Source: Bacteroidota bacterium
GTDB taxonomy: Bacteria > Bacteroidota > Bacteroidia > 2-12-FULL-35-15
Assembly (NCBI GenBank): GCA_029237775.1
Contig: JAQZBR010000002.1
Span: 713,489 to 777,488, forward strand
DNA length: 64,000 nucleotides
Reading direction: 5' to 3'
The position numbers were made by a program, and so were the translations under genes. Of this stretch, positions 39,895 to 50,668 are shown piece by piece (within the stretch, counting starts at the first letter, position 1; the number at the start of each line of letters is the position of its first letter). A model generated the notes under the pieces. It made no database searches. It was not told where the DNA came from and worked only from the letters and a program-made list of their open reading frames with translations.

Positions 39895-41058
39895 TTAACC
39901 GCTAATTGTTTGTAAGTCAGTATTAATTGCCCTTAAAAGCCGCGAAATCTCCTCTTTTGTATTGAATGCATGAAGACAGATACGAAGCCTCTCCTTGCCT
40001 TTAGCCACAGTAGGACTTAATATGGGCCTTACATCAAAACCCTTTTTCTGCAGAGAAGCGGCAAGCTCCTTCACGGTTAGGTTACCCGGAATAACAATAC
40101 ACTGGATCGGACTCGAGCTTGCAATTAACCGGAGATGACTACTTTCTGAAGCAAGTTCTTTAAAATGACCAATCAGCTCTTGAAGTAAACTTATTTTTTC
40201 GGGCTGCTCTTCCAGATAATTGTACGCGTGGCCTATTGCCAGGAGGCTATGTATTGGCAAAGCGGTAGTATAGATGAAAGAACGGGAGAAGTTAATGAGA
40301 TAGTTCCGTAGAAGATCACTTCCGAGAACGATGGCGCCATGACAACCCAATGCCTTTCCAAAGGTGTGCACACGGGCAAATACGGCAGACTCCACATTAT
40401 TTAACTGTACTAATCCCTTGCCTTGATTCACCGTGATACCTGTGGCATGAGCTTCGTCAACAATAAGGTTTGCATTATATTTCTGACAAAGAGCTGAGAT
40501 CCCTGTCAGCAACGCTTCATCGCCATCCATAGAGTAAATGCTTTCAACAGCAACGTAAGTTGTTCCCATTGCAACTTTCAATCGTTCTTCCAAATGCAAC
40601 AGGTCGTTGTGCTTAAACATATACGATGAAGCGGACGACATTTTTATTCCGTCATGCACTGAAGCATGAATCAGCTCATCATAAATTATTGATGCGTCTT
40701 TTTGGCCAAGAGCCGAAAACAAGCCAACATTGGCATCATAACCGGAATTGTAAATTAATCCGGCTTCAGCATTATGAAATTCAGCAATTGTTTTTTCTAA
40801 TTGCTCTGCGTAAGAAGTATTTCCGGCAAGCAGTCGCGAACCTCCGGAGCCATTGTTAGAATTGGCATGAAGTAACGGATCACTTTCAACTCGTTTCTTT
40901 AAATCCTGAGATTGTGCAAAACCGAGATAGTCATTACTGCAAAAATCAATGAGCCCGGATGAGTGAACCAATTGTCTGAACGCATTTTGTTCTCTGCGCT
41001 TATTCAGCGATTGAGTCAGAAAGAGATCAGCGGAAAATGACATTTTATGCTTCCGCAC
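39895..41058 (-). CDS. bioF: 8-amino-7-oxononanoate synthase
   Basis: AOS-family PLP enzyme with the lysine motif 'HTFGKALG'. The start may be the Met at 41043. Confidence 0.85.
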   Translation of the reverse strand: MRKHKMSFSADLFLTQSLNKRREQNAFRQLVHSSGLIDFCSNDYLGFAQSQDLKKRVESDPLLHANSNNGSGGSRLLAGNTSYAEQLEKTIAEFHNAEAGLIYNSGYDANVGLFSALGQKDASIIYDELIHASVHDGIKMSSASSYMFKHNDLLHLEERLKVAMGTTYVAVESIYSMDGDEALLTGISALCQKYNANLIVDEAHATGITVNQGKGLVQLNNVESAVFARVHTFGKALGCHGAIVLGSDLLRNYLINFSRSFIYTTALPIHSLLAIGHAYNYLEEQPEKISLLQELIGHFKELASESSHLRLIASSSPIQCIVIPGNLTVKELAASLQKKGFDVRPILSPTVAKGKERLRICLHAFNTKEEISRLLRAINTDLQTISG

Positions 41059-42055
41059 CTTCTTTAACGGGAAGTTTGGATACAGGCTGCTCCGTTCCTT
41101 TGAACGCTTTGCGTGGGGTTAATCCAAAGATCTTGAACATTTCCATATCCTCAGAGAATTCAGGGTTTGGGGTTGTCAGTAATTTATCTCCTGCAAAAAT
41201 AGAGTTCGCTCCGGCTAGAAAGCATAGAGCCTGTCCTTCAAGCGACATTTGTGTTCTGCCGGCTGACAAACGAACAACAGTTTTAGGAATTACAATTCGG
41301 GTTGTTGCGATCATTCGCACCATGTCCCAGATAGGAACCAGCGGCTGATCTTCCAGCGGAGTACCTTTCACGGGAACCAATGCATTAATAGGCACTGATT
41401 CAGGATGAACCTCCATGGAAGACAAAGTCTGAAGCATTTTTACCCGATCCTCCACTGTTTCGCCCAAACCGATGATACCTCCGGAACAAACCGAAACCTT
41501 CGCTTTACGAACATTTTTAATAGTATCCAAACGATCATCGTAAGTACGTGTTGTGATGATCTTTTTATAGCTTTCCTCAGACGTATCGAGGTTGTGGTTG
41601 TACGCGTATAAGCCTGCATCTGCCAGCTTTTGTGCTTGTGTTTCCGTAAGCATACCTAATGTGCAGCACACTTCCATGCCTTTTTCGTTCACGGTTTTCA
41701 CCATTTCAAGAACGCGGTCAAAATCACGGTTATCACGCACTTCTCTCCATGCAGCACCCATACACAAACGTGACGCTCCACCAGCCTTCGCTTTATCTGC
41801 TGCTTCACTAACCTGTGAAACCGTCATCAATTTATGAACTTCAATTCCAGTATTATAACGGGCAGCCTGAGGACAATAGCTGCAATCTTCCGCACAGCCT
41901 CCTGTTTTAATAGATAATAACGAACTCACCTGAACCTCATTTGCCTCATTAAATTCCCTGTGAACTTCCTGAGCCCTGAAAACAAGCTCCAGCAATGGTG
42001 AATTATATACATTTAATATCTCTTCAGTAGTCCAGTTGTGTCTGATTGCAGTCAT
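41045..42055 (-). CDS. bioB: biotin synthase (radical SAM)
   Basis: '[12 protein letters not shown]' CxxxCxxC radical-SAM motif. 336 aa. Confidence 0.9.
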   Translation of the reverse strand: MTAIRHNWTTEEILNVYNSPLLELVFRAQEVHREFNEANEVQVSSLLSIKTGGCAEDCSYCPQAARYNTGIEVHKLMTVSQVSEAADKAKAGGASRLCMGAAWREVRDNRDFDRVLEMVKTVNEKGMEVCCTLGMLTETQAQKLADAGLYAYNHNLDTSEESYKKIITTRTYDDRLDTIKNVRKAKVSVCSGGIIGLGETVEDRVKMLQTLSSMEVHPESVPINALVPVKGTPLEDQPLVPIWDMVRMIATTRIVIPKTVVRLSAGRTQMSLEGQALCFLAGANSIFAGDKLLTTPNPEFSEDMEMFKIFGLTPRKAFKGTEQPVSKLPVKEGAEA

Positions 42056-42070
42056 AATGATTGTTCTTTT

Positions 42071-42086
42071 GTGATTTCACAAACTT
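42071..42086. promoter_or_regulatory. perfect inverted repeat TTTGTGA-tt-TCACAAA, 16-31 nt upstream of bioB start; candidate operator
   Basis: A 7-bp perfect inverted repeat with a 2-nt spacer, in the only plausible promoter region of the bioBFDA operon. Confidence 0.4.
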
Positions 42087-42257
42087 AATCATTTAATTAA
42101 AACTAAAAACGGACAAACTTTCCGGTTTTCAACGATTTTTTCTCCCCTTTTATCTAAAATTTGTTAAAGTTCAGGCAAAAGTCCTCCAAGCTGCAATTTC
42201 AAAGGGTACTGAGCGTTATTTCACACGAACAGACACTCGTTTTTACACAGACAAAAA

Positions 42258-43508
42258 ATGAAAATTAGGATCATGAGCGCTTTATTGGCGCTCACCGGGT
42301 TCGCAAACGCCCAAACCACTGACTACTCAGCATATAGTGGCCTTGACAATAAGATCAAAGGCTTCATGGATACATGGGAAATTCCCGGAGCCTCTGTCGC
42401 TATCACTAAAGATGGGAAAACCATTTACAGCAAAGCCTTTGGTTATTCCGACCAGGCACATACCAAGCCTGCAAAAGAAGGTGAACTTTACAGAATTGCC
42501 AGCGTTTCGAAGCCGGTTACTTCAATAGGGATCATGAAACTGGTCGAAGAAGGAAAACTCTCATTGGAGGACAAGGTTTTTGGATGCGATGCCATTCTTG
42601 ATCAGGAGTATTATCTGAATACGATCTCCGACCAAAGAATTTATTTGATCACTGTCGGTCAGCTCCTGGAGCATACTGCCGGCTGGGACCGTAGAATTCC
42701 CTATGGTGGATTTTCACATTCCGATCCTGCTTTCTTTCCGTTACACGTTACAGCAACTCTTCACGAGCCAAATCCGGTTGGAGATTCTACATTAATTAAG
42801 TTCTCTCTGAAAAAAGGCCTTGACCACCAACCGGGATCTGTTTATGCCTATTCGAATGTTGGTTATCTGATTCTGGGCAAAGTGATTGAAAAGATCTCGG
42901 GGATGAGTTATGAAGCCTTTATTCAGAAGAACATTCTGGAGCCTCTTGACATTCATGATATGCAGCTTGGAAAAAACCTGCTGGTTGATAAAAAACCGAA
43001 TGAAGTTGAATACCTGAGTGGCTCGACCACCAGATCAAGCTACGGTACCGGTGCTTTGGTCCCTTGGCAATATGGTGGTTTCAATGTTGAGGCAATGAAT
43101 GCGCATGGTGGGTGGATTGCTTCAGCTTCTGACCTGAATAAAATTATGCTGGCATTAAATGGTTCAGAAAATGGTACTGAGATCCTGAGGCCGGAAACAA
43201 TATCATTAATGAGCTCTCCGGGTTCTGTCAATGCCGGATACGCGAAGGGATGGTTTGTAAATTCAGCTAACAACTGGTGGCATACCGGGAGTATGGATGG
43301 AACCGCTTCTTTTGTCTGTCGCACGAGTAATGGTTATACATGGACGTTTCTTCTTAACTCGAGAAGCGATAACAGCAGTGCGTTCTGGAATGCTTTCGAC
43401 AGGCTTCCATGGGAGTGTGTAAGGGCAATTTCAGATATTGCGAAGAACACCCCCGGAGATGATACCTACGAAGAACCAAAATACCCTTTAAGAGGTGTGA
43501 CTCCATAA
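42258..43508 (+). CDS. serine hydrolase, class C beta-lactamase / PBP-like family
   Basis: Signal peptide, S-x-x-K 'SVSK', Y-x-N 'YSN'. 416 aa. Confidence 0.7.
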   Translation: MKIRIMSALLALTGFANAQTTDYSAYSGLDNKIKGFMDTWEIPGASVAITKDGKTIYSKAFGYSDQAHTKPAKEGELYRIASVSKPVTSIGIMKLVEEGKLSLEDKVFGCDAILDQEYYLNTISDQRIYLITVGQLLEHTAGWDRRIPYGGFSHSDPAFFPLHVTATLHEPNPVGDSTLIKFSLKKGLDHQPGSVYAYSNVGYLILGKVIEKISGMSYEAFIQKNILEPLDIHDMQLGKNLLVDKKPNEVEYLSGSTTRSSYGTGALVPWQYGGFNVEAMNAHGGWIASASDLNKIMLALNGSENGTEILRPETISLMSSPGSVNAGYAKGWFVNSANNWWHTGSMDGTASFVCRTSNGYTWTFLLNSRSDNSSAFWNAFDRLPWECVRAISDIAKNTPGDDTYEEPKYPLRGVTP

Positions 43509-43565
43509 TTGTTTAACTAAGCGGTTATTCTTTCGTAGGAGGTGTTACGGGTGAGATATAAGAAA

Positions 43566-44351
43566 TTACAAACTCATATTATTTAGGTCAATTGTCTTCT
43601 TGTATAGTTTATCTCTCTGCTTTTTAAGAATTTTTGAGGTGATTGGAACTGTAAGAGTGCCTAGAAAACTTAAACCGGCATTTACATAAAACTGAGGTGT
43701 GATAGCGCCTTTCTGATACGCGGTTACGGCCTGTGAAATGGTGATTATAGATGTCACACCGCCAGCAATTGTGCTTGGTATGGAGGTTATCCCGACAATT
43801 TTCTGGCTTATCTTAACGAGCTTTGCTGTTTTCAAACTCGTTTGCACAAGCGGGTTAGTGGATTTTTTCAGTTCCTTATCAAGGCCTCTTCTGCCTAGCT
43901 TTTGTCCATTCTTGAAATATTTGCCGTCAACTTCTTCAATTTTATTATTGGATGAATTAACCGGCCCGTTTGCAAGCACATTATTTTGATTCGTTGGTGT
44001 AGTTTGATTGTTGGCATTTCCTGAAGACTGAGGAACGTTCTTGTTATAATTCCCTGTATTATACTGGTTGGCAGCAGGAACCTCCTGACCGATTGAATTA
44101 TTTTCAATCCGGACAAATTCCTGTGATTGTCCGTTCCTGTATTTGATCAGGGAGATATCCGACTTCTTTTCCTTGAAGGTCGGGCCATCAGGAAAATCCT
44201 TTTTTATAAAGCTGATTTCGGTGCTTGTAACCTCTGTGATCTTACCATAGATTACGATGCCGTTATTTTTCACTATCGTATCCTGAGCATGTGAAGTGTA
44301 GCTGCAAAACACAAAAAGAACCATGCAAATATTCGTTAGAAAGCTTTTCAT
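43566..44351 (-). CDS. hypothetical secreted protein with Asn/Gln-rich low-complexity linker
   Basis: Signal peptide, an N/Q/T-rich middle and a hydrophobic C-terminal region. Confidence 0.35.
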   Translation of the reverse strand: MKSFLTNICMVLFVFCSYTSHAQDTIVKNNGIVIYGKITEVTSTEISFIKKDFPDGPTFKEKKSDISLIKYRNGQSQEFVRIENNSIGQEVPAANQYNTGNYNKNVPQSSGNANNQTTPTNQNNVLANGPVNSSNNKIEEVDGKYFKNGQKLGRRGLDKELKKSTNPLVQTSLKTAKLVKISQKIVGITSIPSTIAGGVTSIITISQAVTAYQKGAITPQFYVNAGLSFLGTLTVPITSKILKKQRDKLYKKTIDLNNMSL

Positions 44352-44426
44352 TAAGAAGATTTTTGGAGTGATGCCTTAAATATATTGAAATTATAAATCG
44401 GATATCAAATCTTTACTTACAATAAT

Positions 44427-44434
44427 TACCTTTG
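44427..44434 (+). promoter_or_regulatory. -7 promoter box TACCTTTG, 4 nt upstream of trmD ATG
   Basis: Exact TAnnTTTG match. Confidence 0.4.
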
Positions 44435-44438
44435 CCTT

Positions 44439-45113
44439 ATGCGTATTGATATTATTACTGTATTGCCACAATTACTTGAAAGTCCGTTTCAGCACAGCAT
44501 CCTTAAGCGAGCTATTGAAAAAGGCATTGTAGAAGTGAACCTGATCAACCTGCGTGATTACTCAACCCATAAACAAAAAAGTGTAGATGATTATGCATTT
44601 GGCGGTGGTGCGGGAATGGTCATGAGTATTGAACCTATTGCCAATTGTATCAATTCATTAAAGTCTGAGAGAAACTATGATGAGATCATTTATACATCTC
44701 CGGATGGTGAGACGTTGAATCAGAAGGTCAGTAATCATTTATCAACGTTGAAGAATATTATTATTCTCTGCGGCCATTATAAAGGTGTTGATCAGAGAGT
44801 GAGGGATCATTTCATCACCAGGGAAATCTCTATCGGTGATTACGTGCTCTCAGGCGGAGAACTGGCCGCAGCCGTGATTTGCGATAGCGTTATAAGAATT
44901 ATTCCGGGGGCTATTTCTGATGAAACTTCTGCTCTTACAGATTCATTTCAGGATAATTTACTCGCCCCTCCGGTTTATACCCGTCCGGCCGAGTTCAATG
45001 GCTGGAAAGTCCCGGAAATACTCTTATCTGGACATGCTGAAAAAATTGAAAACTGGAGGCATGAGCAGAGCATTGAACGGACAAAAGAACGCAGGCCGGA
45101 TCTTTTAGACTGA
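44439..45113 (+). CDS. trmD: tRNA (guanine37-N1)-methyltransferase
   Basis: '[10 protein letters not shown]' SPOUT-fold motifs and conserved trmD-rplS synteny. Confidence 0.9.
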   Translation: MRIDIITVLPQLLESPFQHSILKRAIEKGIVEVNLINLRDYSTHKQKSVDDYAFGGGAGMVMSIEPIANCINSLKSERNYDEIIYTSPDGETLNQKVSNHLSTLKNIIILCGHYKGVDQRVRDHFITREISIGDYVLSGGELAAAVICDSVIRIIPGAISDETSALTDSFQDNLLAPPVYTRPAEFNGWKVPEILLSGHAEKIENWRHEQSIERTKERRPDLLD

Positions 45114-45183
45114 TTTAAGACAAAAATTGCTGATTTTTCCTTAAAATTTCCCCGATATTTGTTTGGGTACAGGAAAAATTCTT

Positions 45184-45191
45184 ATATTTGC
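45184..45191 (+). promoter_or_regulatory. Bacteroidetes-type -7 promoter box TATATTTG upstream of rplS
   Basis: Matches the sigma-A(Bfr) consensus TAnnTTTG. A TTG lies ~22 nt upstream and the box is 48 nt before the ATG. Confidence 0.45.
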
Positions 45192-45239
45192 ATTCCTTTT
45201 TAGGGAAAATAAGATCAACACATTATAAAACAAAGAGTT

Positions 45240-45590
45240 ATGAGCAATTTAATTCAGTTCGTTCAAGAACAATTCGGAGCAAAAGCAAACCACCCAAAAT
45301 TCAAAGCAGGTGATACTGTTACCGTTCACTATAAAATCAAAGAAGGCGAAAAAGAACGCGTTCAGCAATACCAGGGCGTTGTTATTCAGCGTAAAGGTGC
45401 CGGATTAACTGAATCTTTCACAGTTCGTAAAATGAGCAACGGAATTGGTGTTGAGCGTTTATTCCCTGTAAATTCTCCTTTCATTGATAAAGTTGAATTG
45501 AACAAAGTTGGTGTTGTGCGCAGAGCTCGTCTGTTCTACTTACGTGGATTGACAGGAAAAGCTGCCCGTATCGCAGAAAAGAAACAATAA
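45240..45590 (+). CDS. rplS: 50S ribosomal protein L19
   Basis: 116 aa with full-length L19 similarity ('[13 protein letters not shown]...'). Confidence 0.92.
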   Translation: MSNLIQFVQEQFGAKANHPKFKAGDTVTVHYKIKEGEKERVQQYQGVVIQRKGAGLTESFTVRKMSNGIGVERLFPVNSPFIDKVELNKVGVVRRARLFYLRGLTGKAARIAEKKQ

Positions 45591-45609
45591 TTCAAAAAGA
45601 ATATATTTC

Positions 45610-45644
45610 AACCCTTTCCGTATTACACGGAAAGGGTTTTTTTA
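45610..45644 (+). terminator. rho-independent terminator after rplS
   Basis: Hairpin CCCTTTCCG-tattaca-CGGAAAGGG followed by TTTTTTT. Confidence 0.8.
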
Positions 45645-45693
45645 TTCACCTTACCCCTAACCCTAACCTCTGCAAAGAGATGGGAACAGAAAA

Positions 45694-47283
45694 ATGACAA
45701 CACAGGAAGAAATTAAAAGACGGAGAAGCTTTGGCATCATTGCTCATCCCGATGCCGGTAAAACAACACTTACTGAAAAGCTCCTTCTTTTCGGAGGCGC
45801 CATTCAAACCGCAGGTGCTGTTAAATCCAATAAGATCAAAAAGCACACAACCTCCGACTTTATGGAGATCGAACGTCAGCGTGGGATCTCCGTTGCTACC
45901 TCGGTAATGGGATTTGATTACAAAGGCTTAAAGATCAATCTTCTTGACACCCCCGGCCATGAGGACTTTGCAGAAGACACATATCGTACGCTTACAGCAG
46001 TAGACAGCGTGATCATGCTTATCGACTGTGCAAAAGGAGTTGAGCCGCAAACACGAAAACTGCTTGAGGTTTGCCGCATGAGAAGCACTCCAGTGATCGT
46101 ATTTATTAATAAACTTGATCGTGAAGGAAAAGATCCCTTCGACCTTCTTGAAGAAATTGAAAAAGAGCTGCGTATCGATCTGCGGCCTTTAAGCTGGCCA
46201 ATAAGCATGGGTAAAACCTTTAAAGGGGTTTACAACCTTTATGAGAAGAGTCTTACTGTATTTAATCCGGGGGAAAAACAAACACTTGAGAACTCGATAG
46301 AAATTAAAGATCTGAATGACGGAACACTTGATAAACTGATTGGGGAAGATTATGCGAAAACACTTCGCAACGATGTGGAACTGCTTGAAGCCGGTTATCC
46401 CAAATTTGAGGTGGAAGAATATCTTGAAGCGATGGTTTCCCCCGTTTTCTTTGGAAGCGCGGTGAATAATTTCGGAGTAAGGGAATTACTGGATGCTTTC
46501 ATCAGGATAGCGCCTTCACCAAAAGGCCGGATCACTGATGCAAAAGAAATCAATCCTGAAGATAAAAATTTCAGCGGCTTTATATTTAAGATCCATGCGA
46601 ATCTTGATCCAAAGCACCGCGACAGGATCGCCTTTTTGCGAATAGTATCAGGAAAATTTGAGAGAAACAGGAATTATTATCATGTGCGTGAAGGCCGAAA
46701 CATGAAGTTTTCCAATCCTACTGCATTTATGGCGCAGGACAAGAGTGTTGTTGATGAAGCATATCCCGGAGATATCATTGGCTTATATGATTCGGGGAAT
46801 TTCAAAATAGCAGACACACTTACAGAAGGTGAGAAATTTCATTTCAAAGGAATTCCGCAGTTCTCACCCGAACTCTTTAAATATGTAGTGAATACCGATC
46901 CGATGAAAACCAAGCAGCTGAACAAAGGACTTGAGCAGCTGACGGATGAAGGTGTGGCTCAGCTTTTCACAAAGCGTACTGATAATCGTAAAGTGCTTGG
47001 AACAGTCGGAGCCCTCCAATTTGAAGTTATTCAGCATCGTTTAAAAAGTGAGTATTCCGCTTCCTGCAGCTATGAAATGATCTCACTTTACAAAGCCTGC
47101 TGGATAAGCTCAAAGGATAAGAAAAAACTGGAGGAATTTATTTTCGATAAAGCTCATCATATGGCAAACGATAAAGAAGGCCGTCCTGTTTTTCTTGCTG
47201 AATCGGCCTGGGCCCTTCAAATGGCTGAAGAAAAAAATCCTGATATTAAATTCCATTTCATTTCAGAATTTCAGGAAGATTAG
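45694..47283 (+). CDS. prfC: peptide chain release factor 3
   Basis: Translational GTPase G1 ('AHPDAGKTT') and G3 ('DTPGHEDF') motifs. 529 aa, RF3-length. Confidence 0.9.
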   Translation: MTTQEEIKRRRSFGIIAHPDAGKTTLTEKLLLFGGAIQTAGAVKSNKIKKHTTSDFMEIERQRGISVATSVMGFDYKGLKINLLDTPGHEDFAEDTYRTLTAVDSVIMLIDCAKGVEPQTRKLLEVCRMRSTPVIVFINKLDREGKDPFDLLEEIEKELRIDLRPLSWPISMGKTFKGVYNLYEKSLTVFNPGEKQTLENSIEIKDLNDGTLDKLIGEDYAKTLRNDVELLEAGYPKFEVEEYLEAMVSPVFFGSAVNNFGVRELLDAFIRIAPSPKGRITDAKEINPEDKNFSGFIFKIHANLDPKHRDRIAFLRIVSGKFERNRNYYHVREGRNMKFSNPTAFMAQDKSVVDEAYPGDIIGLYDSGNFKIADTLTEGEKFHFKGIPQFSPELFKYVVNTDPMKTKQLNKGLEQLTDEGVAQLFTKRTDNRKVLGTVGALQFEVIQHRLKSEYSASCSYEMISLYKACWISSKDKKKLEEFIFDKAHHMANDKEGRPVFLAESAWALQMAEEKNPDIKFHFISEFQED

Positions 47284-47299
47284 AAATGTGATCAGGCAT

Positions 47300-47342
47300 A
47301 AAAAAAAGAATCCCGCTTCAAACGAAGCGGGATTCTTTTTAT
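47300..47342. terminator. bidirectional terminator between prfC and the convergent T9SS gene
   Basis: A8 run, then hairpin GAATCCCGCTTC-aaac-GAAGCGGGATTC, then TTTTT. Confidence 0.8.
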
Positions 47343-47355
47343 GAAGTTAATTAGA

Positions 47356-48405
47356 TTACTTTACGATCATCTTTGCAGAGATACGGGTTGCATCAGTCTG
47401 AACAGTAACAGTATAGAAACCGTTAGCCAAAACAGATGTATTGATCATAGTGAAATTACGTCCTGCTGACTGATTTCCTTTGTTCTCAACAGAAATTACT
47501 TTTCCTGTAACATCATAAACTGTGATTGTTACATTAGAAGAAGAAGGAAGGTTATAGTTAACCTGTGCAACATCTACAGAAGGATTAGGGAATACGTTCA
47601 ATGACAATTCATTTGATACAGACGAAGATTCAACTCCCGTAACTGTTCTGCGGATCATGAAATCATCGATAGAGATCAGATAATCATCATTTGAATTGTG
47701 GTGGAAAGCAAAAAACACTTCCTGTCCAACATAAGGACTTAAATCAACAGAGAAAGGACGAAGCTGACCTCTGTGAGCTATTGTTGCCGCATTTGGATCT
47801 TCAACCACGTCAATGTATGTTCCATCCTGGCCATGTACAAATCCTGAACTGAAAGTATAAGTTGCGTAGTTAGTATCCGCTCCTAAAGCAGTCATCTCTG
47901 CACCACTAAACAATGTAGTTGTAAAGGCATTATCATCGTTAGTAGTTGTAGAGATCTTAACTTTGTAACCATCCATGTAACGTGGAGTCTGGCGTGGAGC
48001 TGATTTCCAATACAACATATCACCCGCTCTGATCACATAACTTGGAGTGATTAACCAGTTACTTGCTACACCGAAAGGAGTAAACCATGAGTTTGCACCC
48101 AAAACAGTGTTATCGTTAGCACCATCCATATCTAGGTCTGTAGTGTCTACATCAGAGAAAGGGAAAAGAGCCTGCCATCCACCGGAGAATCCTGCACCCG
48201 ATCCGTCATCTTTCTGGTCCTGATCGTAGCTGTACCAAAGGATATCAGAAGAAACACCCGGAGGCGGTGCAACGTCATCAACCAGGTCATCATAAAAATA
48301 CTGATAATTAAAGCTTTCGTAAACAAGAGTATCCAGAGTCTGCGCTTTGGATTCCATTGCCGACAAAGCAATAAAACTAAATGCTAATAAGTAGATTTTT
48401 TTCAT
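47356..48405 (-). CDS. T9SS C-terminal-sorting-domain secreted protein (choice-of-anchor-J-like N-domain)
   Basis: Signal peptide, an Asp-rich N-domain and a Por/T9SS CTD ('LSLNVFPNPS...VYDVTGKVI...GFYTVTV...AKMIVK'). Confidence 0.55.
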   Translation of the reverse strand: MKKIYLLAFSFIALSAMESKAQTLDTLVYESFNYQYFYDDLVDDVAPPPGVSSDILWYSYDQDQKDDGSGAGFSGGWQALFPFSDVDTTDLDMDGANDNTVLGANSWFTPFGVASNWLITPSYVIRAGDMLYWKSAPRQTPRYMDGYKVKISTTTNDDNAFTTTLFSGAEMTALGADTNYATYTFSSGFVHGQDGTYIDVVEDPNAATIAHRGQLRPFSVDLSPYVGQEVFFAFHHNSNDDYLISIDDFMIRRTVTGVESSSVSNELSLNVFPNPSVDVAQVNYNLPSSSNVTITVYDVTGKVISVENKGNQSAGRNFTMINTSVLANGFYTVTVQTDATRISAKMIVK

Positions 48406-48521
48406 TTTAAATATTTTGGGGGTTTAAACTTTGGCAAATTTAATACTATTATGTTGAAACCTAAAAATTATTTACGAACGGTATTTAACCTGTTTTAACA
48501 GCATATTAACAGTTTAAATAC

Positions 48522-48529
48522 TACTTTTG
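48522..48529 (+). promoter_or_regulatory. -7 promoter box TACTTTTG, 15 nt upstream of ATG 48545
   Basis: TAnnTTTG match. Confidence 0.4.
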
Positions 48530-48544
48530 AAATCATTTTTAAAA

Positions 48545-49168
48545 ATGAAAAGCTTTCTTATCACCCTCTTTACATTGTTTAACCTTTCCGGAAGTTTGAT
48601 CAGGGCTCAAAACCAGGATCTCGTTGTGACGCTTCACGAAAGTGTGTTGAACAAAATGTTCAAGGCTATCGGACAGATCAAAGGAACTTCCGCTTATTCA
48701 TTCATGTTTGTGGAAGGCACATATACCTGGACCCTGGTTAACCCTCATTTCAAGATCCACCCCGGCAGGGTAGATTTTGAAACGGATGTGATTGTCAGTG
48801 TGGCCAAGTACAACTATCGCATCCATGTATCAGGCGATGCAGAAACGTGCTATGATCAGGACGCAAATCTCATTCTTGTTGAAATAACAAAAGCAAACTT
48901 TCCACTAAACGTGATGTTCTTTGGGAAGCCAAAACACTTATGGGATGTGGAGCTTGCGGGTTATTTTGAAACCCCCTTCTTTTTTGAAGGACCGCTCAGC
49001 ATTGGAACTGAATTTATCTTTCCGATGCCGGATAACACAACAAGAACCGTATATACGCATCCGGTTAATTGTGGCGTAAAAATTGTGGAAAAACAGATCA
49101 TTGTTTCCGCAGAAATGGAATTCATTAACAGAGACGTAATCAAAACTCCAATCCTTATTAATAAATAA
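48545..49168 (+). CDS. hypothetical secreted protein
   Basis: Signal peptide at the ATG (MKSFLITLFTLFNLSGSLIRAQ); the ORF-track start at 48527 is a TTG. A TAnnTTTG -7 box lies just upstream. Confidence 0.4.
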   Translation: MKSFLITLFTLFNLSGSLIRAQNQDLVVTLHESVLNKMFKAIGQIKGTSAYSFMFVEGTYTWTLVNPHFKIHPGRVDFETDVIVSVAKYNYRIHVSGDAETCYDQDANLILVEITKANFPLNVMFFGKPKHLWDVELAGYFETPFFFEGPLSIGTEFIFPMPDNTTRTVYTHPVNCGVKIVEKQIIVSAEMEFINRDVIKTPILINK

Positions 49169-49184
49169 AAAAAAGATCAGATCT

Positions 49185-50630
49185 ATGAAACATCTTTTCA
49201 CTTGTTCTATTGCGGCTTTACTGTTCTTTACCAATTCTCACGCAAACCCTGCCGAAGGTTACAACATCAGGATAAATGCGAAAGGGGTTAAACCTCAAAC
49301 AATGTGTCAGCTTGCCAGATATTATGGCGATAAGCAATACATTGTTGACTCGGCCAAATCAAACGAAAAAGGCGAAGTTGTTTTTAAAGGAACCGAAAAA
49401 TGGCCGCAGGGAATTTATCTTTTCGTCCCTCCGGGTAAAAACAAATATTTTGATTTTGTAATGGATGAGGAGCAGAATTTCAGCATCGAAACTGATACTG
49501 CAGATTTTATAAAGTCAATGAAGATCAAAGGTTCAGAAGAGAATAAATTCTTTTATGATTATCAGAACTTCATGTCCGGTAAGCAGAAGCAGATAGAACC
49601 ACTTCAAACATCCTACAAACGCCTCAAAGATTCTAACAAAGACTCCGCAAAGCTCATTGCAGACAAGATGGCGGTTATTGATAAAGAGGTTAAGGAATAC
49701 AAAAATGATTTTATAAAGAATAATCCAAAATCTTTTGTTGCAAAGCTCTTCAAAGCAATGGATGAGCCGGAGATTCCTGAAGCTCCCATGCTTCCCAATG
49801 GCAAGAAAGATTCAACCTTCGCTTATCGTTATTACAAAACACATTTCTTCGACAACTTTGACCTTACTGATGACCGCCTTTTAAGAAGTCCGATCTTTCA
49901 CAATAAGATCAAGCAGTATATGGACAAACTCACTCCGCAAACTCCTGATTCAATTAACGTATCTGCTGATTATCTGATTGAAAGATCGCGGTCAAATCAG
50001 GAAGTATTCAAGTATCTGGTGTACTGGCTAACTTATACCTATGAAAGCTCAAAGATCATGGGTATGGATGCGGTGTTCGTTCACATGGTGAATTCTTATT
50101 ACGTTACGAATCAGGCATTCTGGGTAGATTCCACTCAACTTTACAAAATAACAAAACGGGGAAGGGAGCTTGAACCTTTGCTCATCGGAAAAAAAGCACC
50201 TATGATCAACATGCCGGATTCGACCGGTAAATACATTTCATTATATGATATTAAGTCAAAGTATACGGTTGTAGTATTCTGGGATCATGGTTGCGGACAT
50301 TGTAAAAAAGAGATCCCGAAGCTAGAAGAAGTGTATACAAAAAAGCTTAAGGCAAAAGGTGTTCAGGTGTATGCCGTGGAAACGGAAGACAAGCCTCAGG
50401 ACTGGAAAAAATTCTTACGTGAGAATCATTTGAACTGGATAAATGTTCAGGAGCTTGACAGCTATAAACGTGCAGTCACAAAAAAGATCTATGATATCTA
50501 CAGCACTCCTGTCATTTATCTGCTGGATGAAAACAAGGTAATTAAAGCTAAGCGGATTGAAGCTGAGCAGCTGGAAAACCTAATAGATATGCTCGATAAG
50601 GAAAAGGAAAAAGCCAAAGAGAAAAAATAA
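49185..50630 (+). CDS. TlpA-like thioredoxin-fold protein with N-terminal DUF4369-like domain
   Basis: Signal peptide, C-terminal 'WDHGCGHCKKE' CxxC redoxin motif and a K/E-rich tail. Confidence 0.6.
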   Translation: MKHLFTCSIAALLFFTNSHANPAEGYNIRINAKGVKPQTMCQLARYYGDKQYIVDSAKSNEKGEVVFKGTEKWPQGIYLFVPPGKNKYFDFVMDEEQNFSIETDTADFIKSMKIKGSEENKFFYDYQNFMSGKQKQIEPLQTSYKRLKDSNKDSAKLIADKMAVIDKEVKEYKNDFIKNNPKSFVAKLFKAMDEPEIPEAPMLPNGKKDSTFAYRYYKTHFFDNFDLTDDRLLRSPIFHNKIKQYMDKLTPQTPDSINVSADYLIERSRSNQEVFKYLVYWLTYTYESSKIMGMDAVFVHMVNSYYVTNQAFWVDSTQLYKITKRGRELEPLLIGKKAPMINMPDSTGKYISLYDIKSKYTVVVFWDHGCGHCKKEIPKLEEVYTKKLKAKGVQVYAVETEDKPQDWKKFLRENHLNWINVQELDSYKRAVTKKIYDIYSTPVIYLLDENKVIKAKRIEAEQLENLIDMLDKEKEKAKEKK

Positions 50631-50668
50631 AAAAAATCCCCGTTCATTTGAGCGGGGATTTTTTTTAT
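50631..50668. terminator. bidirectional terminator between the DUF4369-TlpA gene and the convergent 144-aa ORF
   Basis: A-run, then hairpin ATCCCCG...CGGGGAT, then T8. Confidence 0.7.
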
